Part shown: in pieces, positions 9,291 to 18,106 of the stretch
Position numbering within the stretch: the stretch's first letter is position 1
How the letters are laid out: every line of letters begins with the position of its first letter
NCBI GenBank assembly: GCA_024405515.1
Contig: JAKSOR010000001.1
Coordinates: 24,235-88,234 of the forward strand
Direction: 5' to 3'
Source of the DNA: Clostridia bacterium
GTDB lineage: Bacteria > Bacillota > Clostridia > Christensenellales > CAG-917
Length of the DNA stretch: 64,000 nucleotides
Made by a program: the position numbers and the translations under genes
Notes under the pieces: model-generated
What the model was told of the DNA's origin: nothing
The model's database searches: none
What the model saw: only the letters and a program-made list of their open reading frames with translations

Positions 9291-11375
9291 ATGGATAGAA
9301 AATATGCTCTTGATAAGGTGAGGAATATCGGCATCATGGCACACATCGATGCAGGAAAGACCACAACAACCGAGCGTATTCTATTCTACACAGGCGTAAA
9401 CAGAAAGTTGGGTGAGACCCATGATGGAAATGCAACCATGGATTACATGGAGCAGGAAAGAGAAAGGGGAATCACAATAACATCTGCAGCAACAACAGCC
9501 ATCTGGAAGGAGCATCAGATAAATATCATCGATACTCCGGGACACGTAGATTTCACGGTTGAGGTCGAGAGAAGTTTGAGAGTTCTCGACGGAGCAGTTG
9601 CGGTCTTCTGTGCAAAAGGTGGAGTTGAGCCTCAGTCAGAAAATGTCTGGAGGCAGGCAAATACCTATAAAGTCCCGAGAATAGCTTTCGTTAACAAAAT
9701 GGACATAAACGGCGCAAATTTTGAAAACGCAGTCCAGATGATGAAAGACAGACTCGAGGCAAATGCGGTGCCTATTGCCTTACCGATTGGAAAGGAAAGT
9801 GAATTTGAAGGAGTAATAGACCTGCTCAGAATGGTGGCAATCTATTATGATTCAGAATCAAAAGGCGTCAAATTCGAAGAAAAGGAAATTCCTGATGGAT
9901 ATAAGGAAAAAGCAGAACTTGCAAGGATGGATATCATCAGTGCAGCAGCCGATTTCGATGATGAAATCATGGAAAAATTCCTCGAAGAAGATTACGATTC
10001 AATCTCATTAGAGCAGCTCAAGGCTGCCATCCGAAAGGGAACTATCGGACTGAAATTGAATCCTGTACTCTGCGGAAGTTCTTACAGGAACGCAGGAGTT
10101 CAGTTACTGCTTGATGCAGTTGTTGATTTTCTGCCGGCACCTACTGATGTCGCAAGCATTGAAGGAACAAACCCGCATACAAAGAACCCTGAAGTTCGTC
10201 ATCCTAACGACAATGAACCTTTCAGTGCACTTGTATTCAAGATACTCACTGATGAGTTTGTTGGTAAACTTTCATTCATACGTGTGTACTCGGGTACAAT
10301 AAAGAAAGGAGATGCGACTTTCAACCCTGCAAAGGGAGCAAATGAAAGAATCGCAAGAATCCTCAGAATGAATGCTGATGAAAGAGAGGATGTCGAAGTA
10401 GCGTTTGCAGGTGATATCGTCGCAGTTATCGGACTGAAAAACAGTGTAACAGGCGATACTCTGTGCGAAAAAGGCAGACAGGTCATTCTTGAAAATATGG
10501 AATTCCCTGATCCGGTTATCAAGGTAGCCATAGAACCTAAGAGCAAAGCGTCTCAGGAAAGAATGGTCGATGCAATCCAGAAACTTCAGGAGGAAGATCC
10601 TACATTTAAGGCCTATACAGACAAGGATACAGGGCAGACAATCATTGCCGGAATGGGAGAACTTCATCTCGACATTATTGTTGACAGAATGCTCAGAGAA
10701 TTCAAAGTCGAGGCCAATATAGGAAAACCTCAGGTAAGTTACAAGGAAACAATCACGAAGTCTGCTAAGGCCGAAGGCAGGTTTATAAGACAGACCGGCG
10801 GTCACGGACAGTACGGACACGTTGTTATCGAGCTTGAGCCAAATCCGGAAGGAGGACTCATATTCGAAAATGAAATAGTCGGAGGAGTTGTTTCCAAAGA
10901 ATTCGCAAACGCAGCGTGGGAAGGAATTAAAGAATCAGCAAAGAGCGGTGTACTTGCAGGATATGAATGTGTTGATTTCAAAGTTCGTCTCGTAGACGGA
11001 AGCATGCATGAAGTTGACAGTTCGGAAATGGCATTCAAAGTAGCAGGTTCCATGGCATTCAAAGAAGCCTGTGAAAAATGCGAACCGGCACTGCTTGAGC
11101 CGATTATGAAGGTCGAAGTAATCACACCGAACGATTATCTCGGGGATGTAATGAACGGCCTGACAGGAAAGAGAGGCGCTCTTAAGGGCACAGAGCTCAG
11201 AAGTGGCGCACAGGTAGTAACTTGTGATGTTCCTCTTGCAGAAATGTTCGGGTATGCAACAGCATTAAGAACCCAGACCCAGGGCAGAGCAACATTCACA
11301 ATGTTATTTGACCATTTTGCGATGGTCCCGAAAAATCTTGTAGATAAGATTATCGGAAGAGTAAGTATTTATTAA
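9291..11375 (+). CDS. fusA: Translation elongation factor G
   Basis: 694 aa; G-domain AHIDAGKTT and DTPGHVDF; str operon position. Confidence 0.97.
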   Translation: MDRKYALDKVRNIGIMAHIDAGKTTTTERILFYTGVNRKLGETHDGNATMDYMEQERERGITITSAATTAIWKEHQINIIDTPGHVDFTVEVERSLRVLDGAVAVFCAKGGVEPQSENVWRQANTYKVPRIAFVNKMDINGANFENAVQMMKDRLEANAVPIALPIGKESEFEGVIDLLRMVAIYYDSESKGVKFEEKEIPDGYKEKAELARMDIISAAADFDDEIMEKFLEEDYDSISLEQLKAAIRKGTIGLKLNPVLCGSSYRNAGVQLLLDAVVDFLPAPTDVASIEGTNPHTKNPEVRHPNDNEPFSALVFKILTDEFVGKLSFIRVYSGTIKKGDATFNPAKGANERIARILRMNADEREDVEVAFAGDIVAVIGLKNSVTGDTLCEKGRQVILENMEFPDPVIKVAIEPKSKASQERMVDAIQKLQEEDPTFKAYTDKDTGQTIIAGMGELHLDIIVDRMLREFKVEANIGKPQVSYKETITKSAKAEGRFIRQTGGHGQYGHVVIELEPNPEGGLIFENEIVGGVVSKEFANAAWEGIKESAKSGVLAGYECVDFKVRLVDGSMHEVDSSEMAFKVAGSMAFKEACEKCEPALLEPIMKVEVITPNDYLGDVMNGLTGKRGALKGTELRSGAQVVTCDVPLAEMFGYATALRTQTQGRATFTMLFDHFAMVPKNLVDKIIGRVSIY

Positions 11376-11452
11376 ATTGATATAACAATATTGATTTAAG
11401 GAATAAAAACAAACTAAATAAAAAACAATACTAATTTGGAGGAAAAAATAGT

Positions 11453-12658
11453 ATGGCAAAAGCAAAGTTTGAAAGAACAAAACCACATGTTAACATTGGT
11501 ACTATCGGCCACGTTGACCACGGCAAAACAACTCTTACAGCAGCTATCACAATGTACAGTGCTTCAAAGGGCAAAGCTCAGGTTATGAAGTATGACGAAA
11601 TTGATAAAGCTCCAGAAGAGAAAGCAAGAGGTATCACGATCAACACAGCACACGTTGAGTATGAAACAGAAAAACGTCACTATGCACACGTAGACTGCCC
11701 AGGACATGCTGACTATGTTAAAAACATGATCACAGGTGCTGCACAGATGGACGGTGCAATCCTCGTTGTTGCTGCAACAGACGGCCCAATGCCTCAGACA
11801 CGTGAGCACATCCTTCTCGCAAGACAGGTTGGTGTTCCATATATCCTTGTATTCCTTAACAAGTGCGACCAGGTTGATGACGATGAACTCTTAGAGCTCG
11901 TTGAAATGGAAGTTCGTGACTTATTAAATGAATATGGATTCCCTGGTGATGATACACCTATCATCCGTGGATCAGCTTTCGAAGCAATGCAGGCAGGTCT
12001 TGCAGGTGAATGGGACAGCCCTAAGTTTGCTCCAATCCAGGCATTACTCGATGCAGTTGATGCATATATCCCAGATCCAGAAAGAGATACAGATAAACCA
12101 TTCTTAATGCCAGTTGAAGACGTTTTCACAATCACAGGACGTGGAACAGTTGCAACAGGTAGAGTAGAACGTGGTATGCTCAAGATGGGCGACAAAGTTG
12201 AAATCGTTGGACTCTCTGATGAAAAGAAAGAAACAACAGTAACAGGTATCGAAATGTTCCGTAAGCTCCTCGACTATGCAGAGGGCGGCGATAACATCGG
12301 TGTTCTTCTCCGTGGTATCCAGAGAACAGAAATCGAACGTGGTCAGGTTCTTGCTAAACCGGGTTCAATTCATCCACATACACACTTCACAAGCCAGGTA
12401 TACGTATTAAAGGCAGAAGAAGGCGGACGTCATACACCATTCTTCAATGGATATCGTCCACAGTTCTATTTCAGAACAACTGACGTTACAGGTTCTATCA
12501 AATTACCAGACGGCGTTGAAATGGTAATGCCTGGTGACCATATCGAAATGGAAATCTCACTTATCACACCAATCGCTATCGAAGAAGGACTTCGTTTTGC
12601 TATCCGTGAAGGCGGCAGAACAGTTGGCTCTGGTGTTGTTGCAAAAATTATTGAATAA
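11453..12658 (+). CDS. tuf: Translation elongation factor Tu
   Basis: 401 aa; [21 protein letters not shown]. Confidence 0.98.
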   Translation: MAKAKFERTKPHVNIGTIGHVDHGKTTLTAAITMYSASKGKAQVMKYDEIDKAPEEKARGITINTAHVEYETEKRHYAHVDCPGHADYVKNMITGAAQMDGAILVVAATDGPMPQTREHILLARQVGVPYILVFLNKCDQVDDDELLELVEMEVRDLLNEYGFPGDDTPIIRGSAFEAMQAGLAGEWDSPKFAPIQALLDAVDAYIPDPERDTDKPFLMPVEDVFTITGRGTVATGRVERGMLKMGDKVEIVGLSDEKKETTVTGIEMFRKLLDYAEGGDNIGVLLRGIQRTEIERGQVLAKPGSIHPHTHFTSQVYVLKAEEGGRHTPFFNGYRPQFYFRTTDVTGSIKLPDGVEMVMPGDHIEMEISLITPIAIEEGLRFAIREGGRTVGSGVVAKIIE

Positions 12659-12686
12659 TTGTTCTTTCATTTAAATATGATGAAAT

Positions 12687-12713
12687 CCCTGCATGGCCTA
12701 TGCCGTGCAGGGG
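12687..12713 (+). terminator. Hairpin after tuf (weak or partial terminator)
   Basis: CCCTGCATGGC / GCCGTGCAGGG stem with one G-U pair and a 4-nt loop, but no T tract follows. Confidence 0.35.
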
Positions 12714-12750
12714 TGACTCTTAAACAAAAGGACAAAAAAGGGAGGCTATA

Positions 12751-12915
12751 ATGGCTCAGAAAGAAGTTAGAGTAAAGGTTGTGTTAGCATGCACAGAATG
12801 TAAACAACGTAACTACAATCTTACTAAAAATAAGCAGAAGCATCCAGATAGAATGGAACTTCAGAAATATTGCAGATTCTGCAAAAAACATACTTTACAT
12901 AGAGAAACTAAGTAA
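12751..12915 (+). CDS. rpmG: 50S ribosomal protein L33 (54 aa, below the ORF-track cutoff)
   Basis: Hand translation gives [62 protein letters not shown] lies upstream. The gene sits before secE. Confidence 0.93.
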   Translation: MAQKEVRVKVVLACTECKQRNYNLTKNKQKHPDRMELQKYCRFCKKHTLHRETK

Positions 12916-12931
12916 GGTTTAGGAGGCAGAA

Positions 12932-13330
12932 ATGGCTAAAAAAACGCCTAAGAAAAATACCTCAGTTGAAAAGACAGAAGTTGCAGTAGAAGAGAAGAAG
13001 GTTGCACAACCTGTAGTTCAGAAAGCTGCAGTTAATGTAGATTCAAAAACTGATAAAGCAAAAAAGAAGCCGGATAACAAAAAGCAGGCTCAGAAAAAAG
13101 ACTCTGAAAAGAAGCCTAATATCTTCAAGAGAATGGGTAAAGGACTCAAGGGTATTTTCTCAGAACTTAAAAAGGTTACATGGCTTAAAGGAAAAGACGT
13201 TGCTAAAAATACAGCAGTAGTTTTAACAGTAGTTGTCCTGTTCTTTGTCGTTTTATTCATTATCGACTACGTATTAGCTGGTTTACTTGGCCTTGTTGTC
13301 GATGGCAAGTGGACTACAGTATTTATCTAA
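12932..13330 (+). CDS. secE: Preprotein translocase subunit SecE with a Lys-rich N-terminal extension
   Basis: The C-terminal 60 aa (ELKKVTWLKGKDV... plus a single TM helix) are typical SecE. The first approx. 65 aa are low-complexity K/A/E/V sequence. Confidence 0.88.
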   Translation: MAKKTPKKNTSVEKTEVAVEEKKVAQPVVQKAAVNVDSKTDKAKKKPDNKKQAQKKDSEKKPNIFKRMGKGLKGIFSELKKVTWLKGKDVAKNTAVVLTVVVLFFVVLFIIDYVLAGLLGLVVDGKWTTVFI

Positions 13331-13340
13331 GAGGGCTTTT

Positions 13341-13877
13341 ATGCAAAACGTAAAAACACCATTATGGTATATTCTTCATACATATACTTCCTACGAATCT
13401 AAAGTAGAGAAGAGTCTCCGTAACTTAATTGATAACAACGGACTGCAGGAGCAGATTTTTGATATCGTAGTTCCGGAATATGAAGATATTATCGAAAAAG
13501 AAGATGGTAAGAGAAAAGTTATACAGAGGAAGAAATTCCCTGGTTACGTGTTCATCAAAATGATTTATTCCGACCGTTTATGGTACCTTGTAACACAGAC
13601 AAACGGCGTTACAGGTTTCGTAGGTCCTGCCGGAAGACCAACTCCGCTTACAGAAGCAGAAATCAAGAGACTCGGACTTGAGCATCGTGAGATTGTTGAT
13701 CTTGACTTTATGCCGGGTGAACTTGTAAAAGTTGTAAACGGACCGCTCGAAGGATTTACAGGAACAGTCGAATCAGTCAGTGCAGAACGCAAAAAGATTA
13801 AAGTTATCGTTTCAATGTTTGGCCGTGAAACACCGGTTGAACTTGATTTTGAACAAGTAGAAAGAATGGCTAATTAA
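13341..13877 (+). CDS. nusG: Transcription termination/antitermination factor NusG
   Basis: Start chosen at ATG 13341; the track start at 13287 would overlap secE. WYILHTYTSYESKVEKSL and a KOW motif (GELVKVVNGPLEGFTGTV). Confidence 0.93.
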   Translation: MQNVKTPLWYILHTYTSYESKVEKSLRNLIDNNGLQEQIFDIVVPEYEDIIEKEDGKRKVIQRKKFPGYVFIKMIYSDRLWYLVTQTNGVTGFVGPAGRPTPLTEAEIKRLGLEHREIVDLDFMPGELVKVVNGPLEGFTGTVESVSAERKKIKVIVSMFGRETPVELDFEQVERMAN

Positions 13878-13967
13878 TTGGCTGAGTCGGAGGACTAAAA
13901 ACTCATGTTAAGTGGGAGATGGCAAATCTTATATACCATCGCTAAACCACGCTAGTCAGGAGGAAAT

Positions 13968-14393
13968 ATGGCTAAGAAAATTACAGCGGTTGTTAAATTA
14001 CAATTGCCAGCAGGCAAAGCGACACCGGGACCACCAGTAGGTTCATCACTCGGTCCTCACGGAATTAACATTGCCGGCTTTACAAAAGAATTCAATGAAA
14101 AGACATCAAAAGATGCAGGATTAATTATTCCTGTAATCATCACTATTTACCAGGATCGTTCATTCTCATTTGTTCTTAAGACACCACCAGCGCCAGTTTT
14201 AATTAAGAAGGCTTGCGGAATTGATAAAGCATCAGGTGCTCCTAATAAGGACAAAGTAGCAAAGATTACGAAAGACCAAGTTAGACAGATTGCACAGCAG
14301 AAAATGGTTGACCTCAATGCAGCAGATATTGATGCAGCTATGAGTATGATCGCCGGCACAGCCCGCAGTATGGGTATTGTCGTTGTTGACTAA
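13968..14393 (+). CDS. rplK: 50S ribosomal protein L11
   Basis: 141 aa, [20 protein letters not shown]. Confidence 0.98.
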   Translation: MAKKITAVVKLQLPAGKATPGPPVGSSLGPHGINIAGFTKEFNEKTSKDAGLIIPVIITIYQDRSFSFVLKTPPAPVLIKKACGIDKASGAPNKDKVAKITKDQVRQIAQQKMVDLNAADIDAAMSMIAGTARSMGIVVVD

Positions 14394-14406
14394 GGAGGTA
14401 TAGAGT

Positions 14407-15099
14407 ATGAAACGCGGTAAAAATTATGTAGATTCGAAAAAACTCATCGAAGGATCAAAAGCATATGAAACTGAAGAAGCAATGAACTTAGCAGTTCAGA
14501 CAGCAAAATCCAAATTCGATGAAACTATAGAGTTACATGTTAAACTCGGTATTGACCCACGTCACGCAGATCAGCAGGTTAGAGGAGTTGTCGTACTTCC
14601 AAACGGAACAGGTAAAACTGTAAGAGTTTTAGCAATCTGTAAAGGTGCTAAAGCTGATGAGGCACAGGAAGCAGGCGCAGACTTCGTCGGCGGAGATGAA
14701 ATGGTTCAGAAGATCCAGCAGGAAAACTGGTTTGATTACGATGTAATCGTAACAACACCGGACATGATGGGTGTTCTCGGACGTTTAGGTAAAGTTTTAG
14801 GACCAAAGGGCTTAATGCCAAACCCGAAGAGCGGAACAGTATCAATGGATATTGCAAAAGCTATCAAGGACATTAAAGCTGGTAAAGTTGAATACAGAGT
14901 TGACAAACAGGCTATCGTTCACTGCCCATTCGGTAAGAAGTCATTCGGAGCAGAAAAACTCCTTGAGAACTTCAACACATTAATGGATGCTCTTGTAAAA
15001 GCAAAACCGGCAGCAGCAAAGGGTGTATATTTAAAATCTGTTTATATTACATCCACAATGGGCCCAAGTATCAAAGTTAACTACAAGATCAACATGTAA
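14407..15099 (+). CDS. rplA: 50S ribosomal protein L1
   Basis: 230 aa; L1 family sequence following rplK. Confidence 0.97.
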   Translation: MKRGKNYVDSKKLIEGSKAYETEEAMNLAVQTAKSKFDETIELHVKLGIDPRHADQQVRGVVVLPNGTGKTVRVLAICKGAKADEAQEAGADFVGGDEMVQKIQQENWFDYDVIVTTPDMMGVLGRLGKVLGPKGLMPNPKSGTVSMDIAKAIKDIKAGKVEYRVDKQAIVHCPFGKKSFGAEKLLENFNTLMDALVKAKPAAAKGVYLKSVYITSTMGPSIKVNYKINM

Positions 15100-15114
15100 T
15101 TGCATTTAAATCGT

Positions 15115-15143
15115 TTGACTTAAATTAGCAGTTATAATATTAT
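15115..15143 (+). promoter_or_regulatory. Promoter of rplJ-rplL
   Basis: TTGACT (15115-15120), 17-nt spacer, TATTAT (15138-15143). The -35 module is identical to the str promoter. Confidence 0.5.
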
Positions 15144-15297
15144 TAATACATTCCAAAGACAGCAAGTGGAGAAATCCGTAAGCACAGCGCTTGCCGAGGA
15201 TGAGCTAAATACCTAAAGTAATTATGCGTCATTCTCGTTTGGAATGGCGCATTAAATTTTTATAGGGTAAACCTATTGACTATTATAGGAGGTAATA
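15144..15297 (+). promoter_or_regulatory. Ribosomal protein L10 leader with terminator-type attenuator
   Basis: Located between rplA and rplJ. Hairpin ATGCGTCATTC (15224-15234) / GAATGGCGCAT (15242-15252), followed by TAAATTTTTAT. Confidence 0.6.
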
Positions 15298-15795
15298 ATG
15301 AATCAGGAAGTATTAGCAGCTAAAAAGGCTCAGGTCGAAGAAATCAAAGCTAAAATTCAGGCTGCAAAATCCATCGTCATCATTGACTATAAGGGACTTA
15401 CTGTTGCTGAAGATACAGCTTTCCGTAAAGAACTCAGAGAAAATGGCGTAGATTATGCAGTATTAAAGAATCGTTTAGTTAAGATTGCATTCAACGAACT
15501 CGGTTATACTCAGTTTGATGAAGCATTAAACGGACCTACAGCAGTAGCTTTTTCAGACAAGGATGCAGTTGCTCCGGCTAAATTCATTTGCAAGAACATT
15601 TCTTCATTAAAGAAGATGGCAGCAAAATGCGGTATGGTCGAAGGCGAATTCATGGATGAAGAAGGCTTAAAGAAAATCGCAGCAATCCCATCAAGAGAAA
15701 TTTTACTTTCAAAGATGCTCGGATCAATGCAGTCACCAATCACAAAACTCGCAATCTGCATCAACAAGATTGCAGAAGCAAAGGCACAGGCATAA
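15298..15795 (+). CDS. rplJ: 50S ribosomal protein L10
   Basis: 165 aa; L10 family; precedes rplL. Confidence 0.96.
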   Translation: MNQEVLAAKKAQVEEIKAKIQAAKSIVIIDYKGLTVAEDTAFRKELRENGVDYAVLKNRLVKIAFNELGYTQFDEALNGPTAVAFSDKDAVAPAKFICKNISSLKKMAAKCGMVEGEFMDEEGLKKIAAIPSREILLSKMLGSMQSPITKLAICINKIAEAKAQA

Positions 15796-15858
15796 TTGCC
15801 GCCTAGACACTCTGACATGGTCAGAACAAAAAGAAAAAATAATTAGGAGAATACAAAA

Positions 15859-16233
15859 ATGGCAGATATCAATAAACTTATGGAAGAAATCAAGGGCATG
15901 ACAGTTCTTGAATTAAACGATTTCGTTAAAGCATTAGAAGCAGAATTCGGCGTAAGCGCAGCAGCTCCAGTAGCAGCAGCAGGTGCAGGCGCAGCAGCAG
16001 ATGCAGCTCCAGCAGAAGAAAAGACAGAATTCGACGTAATTCTTAAATCTTTCGGCGCAAACAAGATTGCAGTTATCAAGGTTGTTAGAGAAGCAACAGG
16101 TCTCGGCCTTGTAGAAGCAAAAGCAGCAGTTGAAGCAGCACCAAAGGCCCTCAAGGAAGGCGTTGCAAAAGATGTAGCAGAAGCATTAGTAGCAAAATTA
16201 AAAGAAGCTGGTGCAGAAGCAGAAATCAAATAA
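15859..16233 (+). CDS. rplL: 50S ribosomal protein L7/L12
   Basis: 124 aa; Ala-rich hinge; C-terminal [15 protein letters not shown]. Confidence 0.98.
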   Translation: MADINKLMEEIKGMTVLELNDFVKALEAEFGVSAAAPVAAAGAGAAADAAPAEEKTEFDVILKSFGANKIAVIKVVREATGLGLVEAKAAVEAAPKALKEGVAKDVAEALVAKLKEAGAEAEIK

Positions 16234-16254
16234 TTATTATTACCTATGATAGGA

Positions 16255-16287
16255 AACGGTCTGATTATTCAGGCCGTTTTTCTTTTG
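16255..16287 (+). terminator. Intrinsic terminator after rplL
   Basis: AACGGTCTGA (16255-16264) / TCAGGCCGTT (16269-16278) with one G-U pair, then TTTTCTTTT. Confidence 0.8.
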
Positions 16288-16334
16288 TTGACAATATTTA
16301 ATTAAATACTATAATGATAATAGTAATCATTATC
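16288..16334 (+). promoter_or_regulatory. Promoter plus Fur-box-like operator
   Basis: TTGACA (16288-16293), 16-nt spacer, TATAAT (16310-16315). This is immediately followed by GATAATAGTAATCATTATC (16316-16334), which matches the classical 19-bp Fur box GATAATGATAATCATTATC at 17/19 positions. Confidence 0.65.
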
Positions 16335-16347
16335 AATAAGGAAATTA

Positions 16348-16722
16348 ATGAAAGCAGTAAGGAACACTCAGCAGAAAGAACTGATTAAAAATATCGTAGA
16401 GGAGGCCTGCGATCATCCGACCGCCGATATGATATATGAAAGAGCTCAGGCAGAGCTTCCTAAAATCAGTTTAGGTACGGTTTACAGGATTTTAAGGGAA
16501 TTAGTCAACGAAGGGCTTATTCTTGAAATACCGGTAAATGGTAAGCCGTCGAGGTTTGATAAAACCATAATGAATCACGGACATTTTATCTGTGACAAGT
16601 GTGGTAAAGTTTACGACATATTCTTTGATTTCGATAAGTTTATGGGTGACATCGATTTTAAAGAGAATAAAACCGACAAAACATATATTCTGTTTAGTGG
16701 TACCTGCAGTGAATGTAAATAA
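16348..16722 (+). CDS. Fur-family metalloregulator (PerR-like by context)
   Basis: 124 aa; winged-helix N-terminal half; HGHFICDKCG and CSEC metal-site motifs; upstream of rubrerythrin. Confidence 0.75.
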   Translation: MKAVRNTQQKELIKNIVEEACDHPTADMIYERAQAELPKISLGTVYRILRELVNEGLILEIPVNGKPSRFDKTIMNHGHFICDKCGKVYDIFFDFDKFMGDIDFKENKTDKTYILFSGTCSECK

Positions 16723-16773
16723 CCCGAAAGGGAATTTGAAATAAAAAAAATATATATAAAGGAGAAATGAACT

Positions 16774-17322
16774 ATGGCAAAATATGTATGTCCAATATGT
16801 GGTTATGTTCACGAAGGAGATTCCGCTCCGGAAAAATGTCCGCAGTGCGGATGCAAAGGCACAAATTTCAAAGTTCAGGACGGAGGTCTTTCATGGGCAG
16901 CTGAACACGTAATCGGTGTCGGAGCAAAAGGCACAATCCCAGATGATATCTATGAAGGTTTAGTAGCAAACTTCCAGGGAGAATGCACAGAAGTAGGTAT
17001 GTACCTCGCAATGGCAAGAGCAGCTCACAGAGAGGGATATCCTGAAATCGGTTTATATTGGGAAAAGGCAGCATTTGAAGAAGCAGAACATGCAGCAAAA
17101 TTCTGTGAACTCTTAGGAGAACTCGTTTCACCATCAACAAAGATCAATCTTGAGAAGAGAGTTGAAGCAGAAAATGGTGCAACGGCAGGCAAGTTTGAAA
17201 TTGCAAAACGTGCAAAAGAAGAAAATCTTGATGCAATTCATGATACAGTACATGAAATGGCAAGAGATGAAGCTAGACACGGCAAAGCATTAAAGGGATT
17301 ACTTGACAGATATTTCAAATAA
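16774..17322 (+). CDS. rbr: Reverse rubrerythrin (N-terminal rubredoxin-like domain plus ferritin-like diiron domain)
   Basis: CPICG...CPQCG at the N-terminus, then ExxH diiron motifs ([18 protein letters not shown]). Confidence 0.85.
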   Translation: MAKYVCPICGYVHEGDSAPEKCPQCGCKGTNFKVQDGGLSWAAEHVIGVGAKGTIPDDIYEGLVANFQGECTEVGMYLAMARAAHREGYPEIGLYWEKAAFEEAEHAAKFCELLGELVSPSTKINLEKRVEAENGATAGKFEIAKRAKEENLDAIHDTVHEMARDEARHGKALKGLLDRYFK

Positions 17323-17323
17323 T
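17255..17323 (+). repeat. Direct repeat copy 1 (3' end of rbr)
   Basis: 69 nt, matching 17972-18040 with one mismatch (C17273 vs T17990). Confidence 0.95.
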
Positions 17324-17343
17324 CGGTTTTTTAAGCGAATTTT

Positions 17344-17374
17344 GAGAGGGCCTATTTCCAGGCCCTCTCTTTTT
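17344..17374. terminator. Intrinsic terminator between convergent rbr and the orphan ORF
   Basis: GAGAGGGCCT (17344-17353) / AGGCCCTCTC (17360-17369), then TTTTT. Confidence 0.85.
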
Positions 17375-17383
17375 AATGTTTAA

Positions 17384-17911
17384 TTATTTTTTTAATTTTT
17401 GACAATTTTCTATAAACTGATTATTTAATTCATCGACATTTTTGATTAAGTCCACTTCGGATTCCGATATTTTTTTAATTGAATTGAAACTAATTGATGC
17501 AATGTCGTTGTTTAATAAAACACCAGTCGAATAGTCTAGGAATTTATTAATTGTGTTTATTGTATCAATTGTAAATCTAAAAAGATTATCGCCTTCATTG
17601 TATGCTTTATCTACTATGTTAAAATACAAATCTTTAACATATAGATCTACACAAACATTGTTCTTATTGTTATCAACTTCTTTAAGAATTCTATCAATTT
17701 CTTCATAAGAATTCTGCTCATAATTTCCAAGAAGGAAAATTGTATTGAACGCATCTATGATATCGGCAGCAAATGCTGTTTTAGAGATAAGTGAACAAGA
17801 AGAATTGTTAATATAGTTAATCGCTTCTTGGAACTTGTCGTTTGTGATGTAATTATCCCTATTATATAACCCGTTAATTGTTTTATTGATAATGTCTAAA
17901 AATTCTGTCAT
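17384..17911 (-). CDS. Orphan hypothetical protein (175 aa, N/I/D/K-rich, no TM segment or recognisable motif)
   Basis: ATG at 17911 lies 6 nt behind AGGTG; the track GTG at 17920 is less likely. Very low GC and its own promoter. Confidence 0.6.
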   Translation of the reverse strand: MTEFLDIINKTINGLYNRDNYITNDKFQEAINYINNSSCSLISKTAFAADIIDAFNTIFLLGNYEQNSYEEIDRILKEVDNNKNNVCVDLYVKDLYFNIVDKAYNEGDNLFRFTIDTINTINKFLDYSTGVLLNNDIASISFNSIKKISESEVDLIKNVDELNNQFIENCQKLKK

Positions 17912-17935
17912 ATGTGTCACCTACTTAGTGGTTAT

Positions 17936-17964
17936 ATGATAACATCACATTATAGGCGAGTCAA
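17936..17964 (-). promoter_or_regulatory. Promoter of the orphan ORF
   Basis: On the minus strand: TTGACT (17964-17959), 17-nt spacer, TATCAT (17941-17936). Confidence 0.45.
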
Positions 17965-17971
17965 TTAGTGC

Positions 17972-18039
17972 AAATGGCAAGAGATGAAGTTAGACACGGC
18001 AAAGCATTAAAGGGATTACTTGACAGATATTTCAAATAA
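17972..18039 (+). pseudogene. Detached 3' fragment of a rubrerythrin gene (last 22 codons plus stop)
   Basis: Encodes ..[21 protein letters not shown]. No upstream rbr-like sequence and no SD. Confidence 0.8.
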
Positions 18040-18040
18040 T
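17972..18040 (+). repeat. Direct repeat copy 2
   Basis: Matches 17255-17323 with one mismatch. Homology ends abruptly on both sides. Confidence 0.95.
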
Positions 18041-18060
18041 ATCATTAATAAATAATAACC

Positions 18061-18096
18061 GGAGAGAGTTCGTAAACAAACTCTCTTTGCTTTGGT
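18061..18096. terminator. Hairpin terminator between the rbr fragment and the convergent membrane-protein gene
   Basis: AGAGAGTT (18063-18070) / AACTCTCT (18079-18086), then TTTGCTTTGG. Confidence 0.6.
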
Positions 18097-18106
18097 CAGA
18101 TGTGTT

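Noticed and set aside
10272-10820. 182-aa minus-strand ORF, plus the other antisense ORFs within fusA, tuf, secA, dnaE and so on.
   Set aside because: It lies entirely within highly conserved plus-strand genes, and its low-complexity translation is typical of shadow ORFs. The same reasoning applies to 37573-38040, 25477-25935, 27626-28039, 45968-46351 and 51996-52367.
13878-13967. Possible L1-binding autoregulatory leader before rplK (hairpin GATGG...CCATC at about 13918-13950).
   Set aside because: There is only a 5-bp stem and no feature I can tie to the 23S L1-stalk mimic. The evidence is too weak to call.
15843-16229. 128-aa Ala-rich ORF on the minus strand.
   Set aside because: It is an exact antisense shadow of rplL, whose GCA/GCT-rich hinge reads as Ala on the opposite strand. 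It has no SD and lies fully inside a certain gene.
17974-18039. 21-codon ORF ([21 protein letters not shown]) in repeat copy 2.
   Set aside because: The ATG is just the internal Met codon of the duplicated rbr tail. There is no SD. I treated it as a pseudogene fragment.
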